From positions 40,656 through 104,655 of the IMG/VR virus record IMGVR_UViG_3300025936_000016: DNA of 64,000 nt. The stretch is one strand, 5' to 3'. The translations under genes were made by a program, and so were the position numbers. How positions within the stretch are numbered: the first letter of the stretch is position 1; every line of letters begins with the position of its first letter. The notes beneath the pieces were generated by a model, which had not been told where the DNA came from, ran no database searches, and saw only the letters and a list, made by a program, of their open reading frames with translations. The stretch comes from a virus. Lineage: Duplodnaviria; Caudoviricetes. Shown one piece after another: positions 43,665 through 53,079 of the stretch.

Positions 43665-44305
43665 CATTGCACCGAGACCAGCTCCTGGTCCGATTGCACC
43701 AGATCATCCATCCGACCGTCTATCTGGAGACCGGGGTTCAGCTGGGCGGGTCCCTGAGCCTGGCCGGAGGAGCCCACCTGGCCATCGGTGTCGACCCAAA
43801 CCCGCTGATCCAGGAGAGCGGCAACCAGGTCATCTACGCCCAGGACTCAGATAGCTACTTTGCGGCGCACCCTCGGCAGAATCACCAGATCATTGACTTC
43901 GGCTATGTCGACGGGGACCACACCTTCGAGCAGGCCATGCGGGACTTCCTCAACATCCAGGCCCGGGGCAGCTATAAGACGATTGTGGCCTTCGACGATG
44001 TCCTGCCATACAACCAGACCGTGGGCTCTCGTGAGCCCGTTCCAGGAGACTGGGCCGGGGACGTGTGGCGGGTCTACGACGCCCTGAAGCTGAATCAGCC
44101 GGAACTGATCCTGGTCCTGGTCGACGTGGTTCCCACTGGGGTCCTTTTGGTCTGGAACCTGGATCCTTTCGCTGGCCCTAAGGCCTCAGTGTTTGATGCC
44201 GTTCATCCATTTTCTGGTCCAGTCCCAGATGATGTGATCAACAGAACGTATGCTGTTGATGCCAATGAGGCGCTGGACCTCGTACAACAGAAAGTGGGGC
44301 ATTAA
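43661..44305 (+). CDS. class I SAM-dependent methyltransferase
   Basis: YLETGVQLGGSL, IGVDP, YVDGDHTFEQAMRDF, AFDDVLP. Confidence 0.85.
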   Translation: MTLHRDQLLVRLHQIIHPTVYLETGVQLGGSLSLAGGAHLAIGVDPNPLIQESGNQVIYAQDSDSYFAAHPRQNHQIIDFGYVDGDHTFEQAMRDFLNIQARGSYKTIVAFDDVLPYNQTVGSREPVPGDWAGDVWRVYDALKLNQPELILVLVDVVPTGVLLVWNLDPFAGPKASVFDAVHPFSGPVPDDVINRTYAVDANEALDLVQQKVGH

Positions 44306-45141
44306 TGCTTGTCGCGATCACCGGTGGCGCTGGATTCGTGGGTAGTCACGTAGCCCACTACGCCAAGGAGGCCGGCCACGACGTCGTCTTTTTCGACAAG
44401 CGCCACGGCAACGACATCATGGGAGATCTGACCAATCTCGATGGCGCCGAGGCCGTCATTCATTTGGCCGGAGTCCTTGGCACCATGGAGCTGTTTGACA
44501 CCATCCAGGATGCCATCGACAAGAACATCACCGGCTCCTACCGCATCGCCAACTGGTGCCTGGAGAATGACGCCCAGTACGTCGGCATCCTGGTGCCGGA
44601 CGTGTTCCCATCGATCTACTGCGCTACCAAGGTGGGAGCACAGCGCATCACCTCTGCCCTGCACCATGCAAAAGGACTGAAGGTCAGTCATGTCACAGCG
44701 TTCAACGCCCACGGGCCGGGCCAAGCGTACGGGCCGGGGCATCCACAGAAGTTCGGACCCACCTTCTCGATTGCCGCCTGGAACAATCGACCGATCCCGG
44801 TCTGGGGAGACGGCAGCCACCTTGTCGACCCAGTCTCAGTACGAGACGTTGCACGCATGCTTGTCGACGCTGTCAATTTCCCTGACGACCAGGTTTTTGA
44901 TGGCGGAACGGGCACCACGTACACAGTCACGGAGATCGCCGAGTTCGTCCTTGAAGTGACCGGATCCACGGCTGGTATCGACTACCTGCCCATGCGGATC
45001 GGTGAGGCCAAGACCAATGTGGCCGCCACTGGTCTGGGCTGGGACCTGCTCGACTGGCACCCCGAGTTCTCCTGGGACCAGCTGCGGGAGACGGTGGAAT
45101 GGTACAAGGGCAAGGACGGCGAAGTTATCGCCGGCTTCTAA
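44305..45141 (+). CDS. NAD-dependent epimerase/dehydratase
   Basis: ITGGAGFVGSH, VIHLAG, YCATK, FNAHGPGQ. Confidence 0.92.
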   Translation: MLVAITGGAGFVGSHVAHYAKEAGHDVVFFDKRHGNDIMGDLTNLDGAEAVIHLAGVLGTMELFDTIQDAIDKNITGSYRIANWCLENDAQYVGILVPDVFPSIYCATKVGAQRITSALHHAKGLKVSHVTAFNAHGPGQAYGPGHPQKFGPTFSIAAWNNRPIPVWGDGSHLVDPVSVRDVARMLVDAVNFPDDQVFDGGTGTTYTVTEIAEFVLEVTGSTAGIDYLPMRIGEAKTNVAATGLGWDLLDWHPEFSWDQLRETVEWYKGKDGEVIAGF

Positions 45142-45150
45142 GGAGAAGGC

Positions 45151-45411
45151 ATGGGTATCGACAACAAGTACGGCCACGTGACCCTGGAGCGCGGAACAGT
45201 CGGCGACGATGAGCCCGTCGTGGTCTTCCGGGCCCAGGACAAGCTCCTGCCTAAGATCCTGTCCATCTACCGGTTCCTGTGCGAGGTCGGAGGCTCACCC
45301 CAGGTCCACTTGGACCTGCTTGACAAGTCACAGGCGCAGGTCCTGGCCTGGCAGCAGGACCATCACACCCAGATTCCGCGCAGTGACGGGTACCAGGAAA
45401 CCACGGTTTAG
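45151..45411 (+). CDS. hypothetical protein
   Basis: AGGAG RBS; DEPVVVFRAQD. Confidence 0.7.
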   Translation: MGIDNKYGHVTLERGTVGDDEPVVVFRAQDKLLPKILSIYRFLCEVGGSPQVHLDLLDKSQAQVLAWQQDHHTQIPRSDGYQETTV

Positions 45412-45507
45412 TCAGGGACTAGATGTCTGGCTGATACCACTGAACACGGCCGTGGCAGTCCTGGATCTCATGATGCTGCTCGCCATAGTCAAGGTACTTG
45501 TGAGGGT

Positions 45508-46188
45508 ATGAACGTCGCGTTGTACACGGCTGTTTACGGGGACTACAACCAGACCGTCTGGCCAGCCAACGTCTCATGCCCGGCTTACTACTTCACCGAC
45601 TCCGAGACCAAGGCCAAGGAGGCTGAGTCCAAGGGCTGGATTCCGCGCATTGTCAGGCACAGCGTCACCACGTTCAACGGCACCGTCAAGATCGTCGAGC
45701 CGATGATGAATCACAAGTGGTGGAAGTGCCATCCGGAACTTGCCTGTCCCGGCGTGGACGTCAGCCTGTGGGTCGACGGCCGTATGGAGATCATCGACCC
45801 GGACTATGTGGGCCGATGTATCCGGGAGCTGGGCGAAGACGACTGGGCCTGCATGCCACACCCAGAGCGGATCTGTATCTACCCCGAGGCCGAGCTGTCA
45901 GCATCTCTGGTCTGGCGCTATGACCCACCCTCCATCAACACCCAGGCTGCTCACTACCGGTCCCTGGGCCACCCTGACAACTGGGACCTGGTGGCCACGG
46001 GGCGCAATGCTCGGCGGCACACACCCGAGGTCCTGGAGCTGTCGAAACAGTGGTGGTACGAGTGCCTGACCTGGAGCCACCAGGATCAGCTGTCACTGCC
46101 AGTCCTGTTCCGGGGCTCCGGGATCCGGTACAACAAGAACCTGCCCTGGTTCAATGGGGGAATCATCCTCCACGAGCATGGAGAGTAG
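45508..46188 (+). CDS. DUF616/TOD1-like glycosyltransferase
   Basis: YTAVYGDY, SLWVDG, HPERICIYPEA, DQLSLP. Confidence 0.8.
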   Translation: MNVALYTAVYGDYNQTVWPANVSCPAYYFTDSETKAKEAESKGWIPRIVRHSVTTFNGTVKIVEPMMNHKWWKCHPELACPGVDVSLWVDGRMEIIDPDYVGRCIRELGEDDWACMPHPERICIYPEAELSASLVWRYDPPSINTQAAHYRSLGHPDNWDLVATGRNARRHTPEVLELSKQWWYECLTWSHQDQLSLPVLFRGSGIRYNKNLPWFNGGIILHEHGE

Positions 46189-46191
46189 GCC

Positions 46192-46449
46192 GTGAGCTAC
46201 GACTACAGCGACTCCCTGGTCCTGGACCTCATCCAACGGACCCACGTCCCGGTGGAACTCGTGGACGACAAGACCCCACCTACTCTCACCCTGGTCTGCG
46301 AGCTGTGCATCAAGTCCTGGCCATGCCCCACGGTCCTGGACCTAAGGACCTATGTCGCACGACGGGACAGCATCAGCCCAACTGCCCCCTCATTCACCCC
46401 TTCACTGCCACCCGGCCTTGACCGAGAAGGACGAAGAATAAGTGGCTGA
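46192..46449 (+). CDS. hypothetical protein (CxxC...WPC)
   Basis: VCELCIKSWPCPT. Confidence 0.55.
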   Translation: MSYDYSDSLVLDLIQRTHVPVELVDDKTPPTLTLVCELCIKSWPCPTVLDLRTYVARRDSISPTAPSFTPSLPPGLDREGRRISG

Positions 46450-47047
46450 TCTGCGTCCGGGCATCACTGTCCTTATGGCGTGCCACCCGGCTCGACTGTC
46501 CAATGGCCTGGCCATTGAAGCGTTGGCCTCGATTGCACGCCAAACCCTCCAACCCGACACCATCATCCTGATCAATGATCTGGAGATGGCGGGCGCCGGC
46601 CGCACCCGCCAGAAGCTCCTTCGCATGGTTGAAACCGAATGGATCGCGTGGCTGGACTCCGACGACACCTGGACGCCGCAGCACCTGGAGAAGCTGATGC
46701 ACGTGGCCCAGGAGACCGGTTCGGTGTACGTGTCGAGCTACTTCCATGCCCCCCACGATCCGCTGGGACACTTCGGTAAACCGCTGGATCCATGCAGCAT
46801 GCACCACACCACGATGGTGAGCCTGGTCCGTACGGACATCGCCCAGGAGGTCGGGTTCCCTGACTCTAGGATCGACTCCCCATTCTCAGACGAGGATTGG
46901 GCCTTCATCTCGGGCGTGGCCAATCTATGCTGTGAGCGGGGCCTGAAGATGACGCACCTGGCCGAACGCACCTGGTTCTACCGGCAGCAGGGCCAGAACA
47001 CCTCGGGCCTACCAATCCACGGCAAGGGTGACATCCCGCCAGCCTAA
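46442..47047 (+). CDS. glycosyltransferase family 2
   Basis: ALASIARQT, WIAWLDSDD, DEDWAF. Confidence 0.85.
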   Translation: MADLRPGITVLMACHPARLSNGLAIEALASIARQTLQPDTIILINDLEMAGAGRTRQKLLRMVETEWIAWLDSDDTWTPQHLEKLMHVAQETGSVYVSSYFHAPHDPLGHFGKPLDPCSMHHTTMVSLVRTDIAQEVGFPDSRIDSPFSDEDWAFISGVANLCCERGLKMTHLAERTWFYRQQGQNTSGLPIHGKGDIPPA

Positions 47048-47054
47048 GGACACT

Positions 47055-47507
47055 ATGAGCATCACTCGCAGCCGCATCATGGTCCGGGCCCGCTACGGCT
47101 GGCCCCAGGGCACTGTGCCCTTTGATCGGACCGCCCTTCATCAGCCGGATGGTTACCGACAGGATGCGGCTGGCTACGTGAGCATGTGCTGGGACATCCC
47201 GCTGGATGCTCCCCACTCCTGGGGCGGGATGACGACCCTGACCCTGGACTCGGACGGCTGGGCCATTGAGATCCCACCCATCGAGCTGAAGCCAGGCGAC
47301 GCGCTCGGCTACCTGGGCCCAGGCTCAGTGGGTCCGGACGGGGGAGTGGCTGTGATCTTCGAGTCCTGGCTCAACGACGACTACATGACCAACTACCTCA
47401 TGTGCTGGGAGCAGCTACCTGAGGGCTCTCCGGGGCCCATACGGCGAGCACGGCCCTTCCACGGGCCCACCTGGCACTGCTACCGCCGCCGGGACGTAGA
47501 GGACTGA
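47055..47507 (+). CDS. NlpC/P60-like protein lacking the catalytic Cys/His
   Basis: DGYRQDAAGYVSMCW (family: GYRxDCSGxVSMAW), LKPGDAL, GGVAVIF (family: GHVxxF). Confidence 0.65.
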   Translation: MSITRSRIMVRARYGWPQGTVPFDRTALHQPDGYRQDAAGYVSMCWDIPLDAPHSWGGMTTLTLDSDGWAIEIPPIELKPGDALGYLGPGSVGPDGGVAVIFESWLNDDYMTNYLMCWEQLPEGSPGPIRRARPFHGPTWHCYRRRDVED

Positions 47508-47893
47508 TGGCGGGCTCCAGGCGCACCTTCAGCTACCGTCTCCTGCCAGCCGGCGAGGACGTAGGGAAGACGGCCGCGCGGGCCCGCAAGATCCTGGCCT
47601 GGGCCTGCGACGGAGACAATAGGATCGAGTGTCATGGGGTCACCGGCGAGGCCGTGGGCGTCGTGACCATGAACCTAACGATCGTTAATCGGGACCAGTG
47701 GGCATGTCGACAGTTAGCCCAGAACATCCTGAACTACGTGACCTGGGGCCTAGCCAATCCAATGGAGCTGGACCTGACCTCAGACCGGCAGCCGGTCCAC
47801 ATGAACCGGGGCTACGGCCACGGCCGGACCAAGAGATACAACGAGCCCCGACCCAAGGTTTCCCCTGAGCCGGGGCCTGGTACCAGCGCCTAG
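47507..47893 (+). CDS. hypothetical protein
   Basis: Coupled ORF, last gene of the plus-strand block. Confidence 0.6.
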   Translation: MAGSRRTFSYRLLPAGEDVGKTAARARKILAWACDGDNRIECHGVTGEAVGVVTMNLTIVNRDQWACRQLAQNILNYVTWGLANPMELDLTSDRQPVHMNRGYGHGRTKRYNEPRPKVSPEPGPGTSA

Positions 47894-48141
47894 GCGATGT
47901 CGAACTTGCCATCCTTGGTGTCAGCCACGAAAGCAGCCCACTCGGGGCCCGCGAACCTCAAGATCGGGCCAGCCTCCTTGTCCTTGGTGTCACGCACCAG
48001 GACCTCACCGTCACCCATGAAGGCGACCTCGACGCAGTTGTCCGTGTACGGACCCGAGCGCGTGCTCTTGCGCCAGAAGACCTCAACGCAAGCACCAGTG
48101 TCAGTGCTGTAGCTGCTCTTGCGCCAGGCGTCGGTTTCCAT
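47890..48141 (-). CDS. DUF397 protein (duplicated motif)
   Basis: WRKSSYS..GACVEV, WRKSTRS..NCVEVA, VRDTKD..L-F..EWAAFV...GKFD. Confidence 0.9.
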   Translation of the reverse strand: METDAWRKSSYSTDTGACVEVFWRKSTRSGPYTDNCVEVAFMGDGEVLVRDTKDKEAGPILRFAGPEWAAFVADTKDGKFDIA

Positions 48142-48152
48142 GATCAATCCTC

Positions 48153-48410
48153 TCAGGCGAGGTCGAACTCGCCGTCCTTGGCTCCGTTCACGAAAGCATC
48201 CCATTCGGGACCGGTGAACTTCAGAACCGGACCGTCTGGATCCTTGGAGTCACGCACCCAGATCTCGTCGCCGTCGAGCTTGACCTGCACGCAGGCGCCG
48301 TTGGTGTTGCTGCGGGTGCTCTTGGTCCAAGCGACCTGGACGCAGTTGCCGCCCTGACTGCCGGATCTACTGCTCGTGATCCAGTCGATGATCCACTCGA
48401 CCTCTGACAT
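48153..48410 (-). CDS. DUF397 protein (duplicated motif)
   Basis: WITSSRS..NCVQV, WTKSTRS..ACVQV, VRDSKDPDGPVLKF..EWDAFV..GEFD. Confidence 0.9.
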   Translation of the reverse strand: MSEVEWIIDWITSSRSGSQGGNCVQVAWTKSTRSNTNGACVQVKLDGDEIWVRDSKDPDGPVLKFTGPEWDAFVNGAKDGEFDLA

Positions 48411-48422
48411 TGCCTTTCCCTT

Positions 48423-49214
48423 CTACTGGCAGCCGAGGCTGGCGCCATGGTTGGCCATGAATGGCACTGGGTCCACCTTGCCATTCCAGAGCCCACCAGT
48501 ATGGACCTCGAAGTGTAGGTGTGGCCCCTGGGCGTCGCCCGTAGCTCCGACGTACCCGATGACCTGGCCAGCATTCACCCAGCCCGACTTGACCACGAAG
48601 CTCGACTGGTGCATGTATACCGTCCAGACTCCGTTGCCATGATTGATCATCGTGTAGTTGCCGGCGCCGCCAGACTGCCAACCCACAGAGACGGTGCCTC
48701 CGGTTGCTGCCCGGATGGCTGTGCCGTAGCCGGCAGCCAGGTCTACGCCCTCATGCATCCTGCCCCAGCGCCAGCCATAGCCGGACACCACACAGGCACT
48801 GACTGGAGGTACCCAGCCAGTGCTGACCACTGCCGCCTGGACCGGCGCAGGAGGTGCCGTCGAGACATTGCCCGAGGCGCAGTTGATTACCAGACGCTGC
48901 CCTGGGTAGATCAGATTCGGGTTGCCACCCACGACGGACCGGTTGTCGTTGTAGATGCCAATCCAGGCGCCGTTGCCGCAGTGCCTGGAGGCCAGTCCGC
49001 TGAGGGTGTCACCGGATACAACAGTGACAGTGACCGTGGCGGATGCGGCCAGTTCTGTCGAGGCCTCGAAGTTCCTGAGGCTGGACTTGACCGTGTTCGC
49101 CACGGCCAGTCCGGTACTCGACTCAGCCGTCTTTGCATGAGCTGGTACCTGAAGTCCCAGGACCAGGGAGCCCGCCAGCGCGAGCGCCAGAAGGGCCTTG
49201 CCTTGCTTGAGCAT
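48423..49214 (-). CDS. secreted LysM + M23 peptidase
   Basis: Signal peptide, VVSGDTLSGLA..NPNLIYPGQRL, HEGVDL, YMHQ, GPHLHFEV. Confidence 0.92.
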   Translation of the reverse strand: MLKQGKALLALALAGSLVLGLQVPAHAKTAESSTGLAVANTVKSSLRNFEASTELAASATVTVTVVSGDTLSGLASRHCGNGAWIGIYNDNRSVVGGNPNLIYPGQRLVINCASGNVSTAPPAPVQAAVVSTGWVPPVSACVVSGYGWRWGRMHEGVDLAAGYGTAIRAATGGTVSVGWQSGGAGNYTMINHGNGVWTVYMHQSSFVVKSGWVNAGQVIGYVGATGDAQGPHLHFEVHTGGLWNGKVDPVPFMANHGASLGCQ

Positions 49215-49242
49215 GTGCGGTGTTCTCCTTACCCAGCTGGAG

Positions 49243-49440
49243 TCAGTCGACAGTCGACTGGTCTCCTCCGGCTGGACGATTAGTCCCCGCGTGTTCAAGT
49301 TTGATGAGCAGCCGTTCGCCCATTCGATGGGAGTACTTATAGGTGAAGTGGCAGATAAAGACCCATAGCCCGATCATCTGGAAGCAGCACCAGGCCACAA
49401 GGGTCATCGTGCCAAGCTCACTGAGTATGTGAAGATTCAT
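49243..49440 (-). CDS. small membrane protein
   Basis: Single hydrophobic helix. Confidence 0.45.
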   Translation of the reverse strand: MNLHILSELGTMTLVAWCCFQMIGLWVFICHFTYKYSHRMGERLLIKLEHAGTNRPAGGDQSTVD

Positions 49441-50050
49441 CTTCTTGGCTCACAGGAATGATGGGTATGTCATAGGTGAGTTCCCGGGGCGAATGAGCTT
49501 CCCTCGGATCAATCACATCAGCAGCCTGGCTCCAGATGATGCGGTTGTAGGAATCCCGCACCCAGCGCGCATCGTCCAAGGCGTGATGCACCTGGCCCTT
49601 CTCTGGCGGCAGCACCACGAGTGGGTGTTGTTCGTGCAGCTGCTTCAGGTCGTGAGTGAACATGGGAATACCGGGCGGCAGCTCGCCCATGGAGCCAAAC
49701 AGCTGACACAACACCACGTGGTCATATGCACCGTAGTAGGCCCACAGCTCCACGTCTTCAGTGTCGAAGAAGAACCGGCGCACGTACTCAATGAGTAGGT
49801 CCAGAGCTAGGACGTTGCCGTACTCACCATGTTCCTTGTCCCAGCCGTAGATGAAGGTCTGGTCCACGCCGATGGGCAATGAGGGGGCCACGTTCACCGA
49901 CAGCCACGGGTGCTTCATGACGTTGGACAAGCACTCTTCGTTAATGGCATATAGCTCTATGCCATCCTCACGAACCATGCCAATAGACACCAGTTGTATT
50001 GGCAGATCTCGGCCACGTTCGACGAACTCGCAGTCGTAGAACACACGCAC
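49418..50050 (-). CDS. DEDDh 3'-5' exonuclease (RNase AS/DUF5051-like)
   Basis: FYDCEF, LVSIGMV, WAYYGAYDHVVLCQLFG, HHALDDARW. Confidence 0.88.
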   Translation of the reverse strand: MRVFYDCEFVERGRDLPIQLVSIGMVREDGIELYAINEECLSNVMKHPWLSVNVAPSLPIGVDQTFIYGWDKEHGEYGNVLALDLLIEYVRRFFFDTEDVELWAYYGAYDHVVLCQLFGSMGELPPGIPMFTHDLKQLHEQHPLVVLPPEKGQVHHALDDARWVRDSYNRIIWSQAADVIDPREAHSPRELTYDIPIIPVSQEDESSHTQ

Positions 50051-50080
50051 TGTCTCTACCTCTTCGATGTAGGGAGCGAC

Positions 50081-50590
50081 CTAGGCCACCAGGGCATAGG
50101 CCATAGCGGCCCGGCACCTCTCGCAGGGCATCTCACCACGATAGTGATGCAGCCAGAACATGGTGCTGGTACCACAGCCAGGGCCATGCAGCTTGACCAC
50201 TTCCTTGACATCCTCGACGGTGAACCAAGCCCTGCCCCCTACGTACTTGGCTGCAGGCAACAGCTTGTTCATCAGCCACCGACGCACTGTACTGGGGGCT
50301 ACGCCCGTATAGGCAGAGACCATGTGGACGTCCATCAGGTCATCGCCCGGAGGCTCTTGGAACTTACCCCTATGGTCCCACCAGCCGCCTCCAGCGATGA
50401 TCCAGGTGCCCTTAATGTCCCGGCGACAGGACTCGCTCACGGGGCAAACATTGCGGCAGACCAGAATGGCCTTGGCCCCATCGCCCTCCGGTACGGCCAT
50501 GTTCAATGTCGCCCAGGCATCTGGGCCAAGCTCAGGGTGGTTTCGACAGGGGGCCTGCTCCCGCCACTGGGGGTCATACACGCCCCTCAT
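50081..50590 (-). CDS. WhiB-like Fe-S domain fused to a MerR/excisionase-like HTH and a C-terminal Zn motif
   Basis: WREQAPC..AILVCRNVCPVSESC..IAGG; VSAYTGVAPSTVRRW; CGT..H...CERC. Confidence 0.7.
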   Translation of the reverse strand: MRGVYDPQWREQAPCRNHPELGPDAWATLNMAVPEGDGAKAILVCRNVCPVSESCRRDIKGTWIIAGGGWWDHRGKFQEPPGDDLMDVHMVSAYTGVAPSTVRRWLMNKLLPAAKYVGGRAWFTVEDVKEVVKLHGPGCGTSTMFWLHHYRGEMPCERCRAAMAYALVA

Positions 50591-50680
50591 CCTCCAATTT
50601 CCATGGGCCACAAGGGCCGCTCGACAAGCTCACAACCTGGGTGCCGGAGTTGACTTAACGTCGAGCGACCCTCGTGGGAT

Positions 50681-51127
50681 CTAACGGAGCGAGCCCAGGA
50701 TCGGCTGCGCTGGCGGTGGCGCCTGACGTGGCATGGACTCCGCCACGTTGTAGGCGATCTGGGCGCAGGCCCGGTGGGCCAGGCCGCCGAAGCCCAGGGT
50801 CTTGTTCGAGATCTGGCGGTGGACCTCCATCGCCGACGCGCGGTGCGTCTCCTGGACCATGACCGTGATGTCGGCCAGAAGCTCCAGGGCACACTCCCGG
50901 GCCGCCGTCCGGGCCACCCGGTCCACGGTCCGCTCGATCCGGCCCATCATGTCGCTGATGGCAGACCGACTGAGCCCAGCTCGGGCCAGTTCACCACCGA
51001 TCATGGCGTAGTCGGCCGACGTCAGGATCTGGCCACTGACGACTTGGCCCTGCTGCGGGCTCGGGGGTGGAACGGTGTGAGTGTTCGGAATGTGGCCACC
51101 GCCGCCCGCTACCTGGACTGTGGTCAT
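50681..51127 (-). CDS. hypothetical protein
   Basis: Coupled ORF with GGAG RBS. Confidence 0.6.
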   Translation of the reverse strand: MTTVQVAGGGGHIPNTHTVPPPSPQQGQVVSGQILTSADYAMIGGELARAGLSRSAISDMMGRIERTVDRVARTAARECALELLADITVMVQETHRASAMEVHRQISNKTLGFGGLAHRACAQIAYNVAESMPRQAPPPAQPILGSLR

Positions 51128-51378
51128 GAGACTGCTCCAGTCCTGGCGTCAGCGAGGCGCTCGAAGGGGGCGAAGTCTCTGGGCCCCTCCTGGTCGTCGT
51201 CGTTGGTCTGGTCCTCTGTGGACACGTGGCCCTCAGCCAGGGTGTACACCTTGGTCAACAGCTCGTCGGCCAGGACCACGGCCTTGTCAACCAGCTGGTA
51301 CTTCTGCACCAGACGGATGGCAACATAGGCGCCTGCACCCACGAGGCCGGCCCGCACAGCGAACTTGACGATAGTCAT
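51124..51378 (-). CDS. hypothetical membrane-anchored protein
   Basis: N-terminal hydrophobic helix. Confidence 0.6.
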   Translation of the reverse strand: MTIVKFAVRAGLVGAGAYVAIRLVQKYQLVDKAVVLADELLTKVYTLAEGHVSTEDQTNDDDQEGPRDFAPFERLADARTGAVS

Positions 51379-51423
51379 TTCTCAATCTCCGTGTTCTTGT
51401 TGGTGTCGCCGGAATGGGCGACG

Positions 51424-51840
51424 TCAGTCGGCCACCATGCGAACGACATCTGCCTGTTCGCGCTGGCGCCGAAGTTCATAGGTGCCGGGAGCGATACCGG
51501 CGTAGGAGTGCTCCGGGTGGGCCAGGTAGGCCACTGAGCCCTCAGGCACGAACAGCCTTCCCAGCACCAGGGGGGAGTTGGTCCAGATCCTCGGGACGTA
51601 GTACACCGGGCCCTGGGCAAGGAGCATATGGGTGTTGCCACCAGCCTCGCCCCGGATCACGGCCACGCCGTCCTGTGGGACAGGGGCGGGCTCGGTCGCG
51701 GCCCATTCGATTGGGTCTGGGACCACAGCCACATCACCCTGGAACTGGAGCCCGCCCAGGACCGGGATCTCGACCTGACGGTCCAGGTGCGGGTCCACCT
51801 CGATCTGGAACTCGGCGATGGCCTCTTCGACAGTGAGCAT
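51424..51840 (-). CDS. beta-rich partner of the DUF6745 protein
   Basis: QGDV, GEAGGNTH, LAHPEH, PGTYELRRQRE...VAD. Confidence 0.75.
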   Translation of the reverse strand: MLTVEEAIAEFQIEVDPHLDRQVEIPVLGGLQFQGDVAVVPDPIEWAATEPAPVPQDGVAVIRGEAGGNTHMLLAQGPVYYVPRIWTNSPLVLGRLFVPEGSVAYLAHPEHSYAGIAPGTYELRRQREQADVVRMVAD

Positions 51841-51849
51841 GTTCTCTCC

Positions 51850-53079
51850 TCAGGAACGGCGTTGTGCTTGGGCGTATTGTTCTGCGGTCAGACCGTAGGT
51901 CCAGGCCGCAGCCTCCACGGGGGTGAAGATGTTGGCCGGGACGGTGAGGCCGAACCGGCGTCTGGTCCCGTCACGTTCAACGGTCCCGTTGTCACAGACC
52001 AAGACGTTGATTTCTGTGTCATAGAACTGGGCGGGAACCGAGTAGAGCGTCAGTTCGTGGCCAGGGTTACCTGGGTCGGGGACACTAGGGCCTATCGGCC
52101 CTAGGTTGGCTTCCTTGATGAGCCAGCCCCAGCCCATTCTTTCGACGGCACAGCGACGGACCTCGACGTTGGGTAGCTTGAGAACCTCCATCGCCGTGAG
52201 CGTGCCCTCGATCAACCTCTGAGGTACGTGGACGCCGTGCCAGTACCAGAGCTTGAAATGATCGGCCCAGGCCACGGCCGGTCCAGTCTCACAGTGCAGG
52301 CGACCCCCATCGTCGAACTGCATGAAGGTTGGTCGTTGGGTCATGACTGCCACTCCCTCCAGTGGCCACCAAAAAGCAGTTGATTGGGCCACCTTGGCCA
52401 GGCCGATTGTTTTTTGGTCCACTAGTCGGATTTCTCCGGCACCCCGGACGTTGGTGGTCCAGAACTCATGGCCTATCAGCCAGGCCACATCAAATTGACC
52501 CATGAGCATTGACCCCACGACGGTATTTACGCCCAAATGGCTGTCCGGAACGTAAAAGGACCTGAGGGCCGTCTCTATCGACATGTCCATCATCATTCGT
52601 CGGCCAATGGCGTTCAAGGCACTGAAGACCTGAAGCCCGACTTGATTAAATGGCTGATCGATGAGGTCCACACCGTTGGGTGTTGCCCGAAATTCGCCAG
52701 AGCCTGATGGATCAATGCGATGCCTGGGAAGGAGGAGGAAGGGGCCTGGTCGCCTCAACCATCTCACTGCCATTTCTGCTGAATGCTGAATATCAAACAG
52801 CTCTGGGCCAGAGTTGAGGATGTCAGGGTTTCTAAGGAGGGTGTTGTAAACCTCCATGTGCCGACTGCTGCTTGCCTCACTACAGAGCTGGAGCACGGCA
52901 AAGAGCCCGGCCAAAGGAGAAGGCAGCCAGATGATCTGCGGTGCCGGCAGGCCCAGGCCCTGGTAAACGTCATGGACGCCAGCTTCGGCTAGTCCCTGGT
53001 CCGAAGGCCCCGTGCGCCTGGCGTACGCCAGCCACTTGGCAGTGATTACCTGTGCGCGGTCCGGTACAGGGTCGCTCAT
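51850..53079 (-). CDS. DUF6745-domain protein
   Basis: FWWPLEGVAVMTQRP, GRLHCETGPAVAWAD, WHGVHVP, NVEVRRCAVERMGW, ERDGTRRRFGLTVP, EAAAWTYGL. Confidence 0.8.
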   Translation of the reverse strand: MSDPVPDRAQVITAKWLAYARRTGPSDQGLAEAGVHDVYQGLGLPAPQIIWLPSPLAGLFAVLQLCSEASSSRHMEVYNTLLRNPDILNSGPELFDIQHSAEMAVRWLRRPGPFLLLPRHRIDPSGSGEFRATPNGVDLIDQPFNQVGLQVFSALNAIGRRMMMDMSIETALRSFYVPDSHLGVNTVVGSMLMGQFDVAWLIGHEFWTTNVRGAGEIRLVDQKTIGLAKVAQSTAFWWPLEGVAVMTQRPTFMQFDDGGRLHCETGPAVAWADHFKLWYWHGVHVPQRLIEGTLTAMEVLKLPNVEVRRCAVERMGWGWLIKEANLGPIGPSVPDPGNPGHELTLYSVPAQFYDTEINVLVCDNGTVERDGTRRRFGLTVPANIFTPVEAAAWTYGLTAEQYAQAQRRS

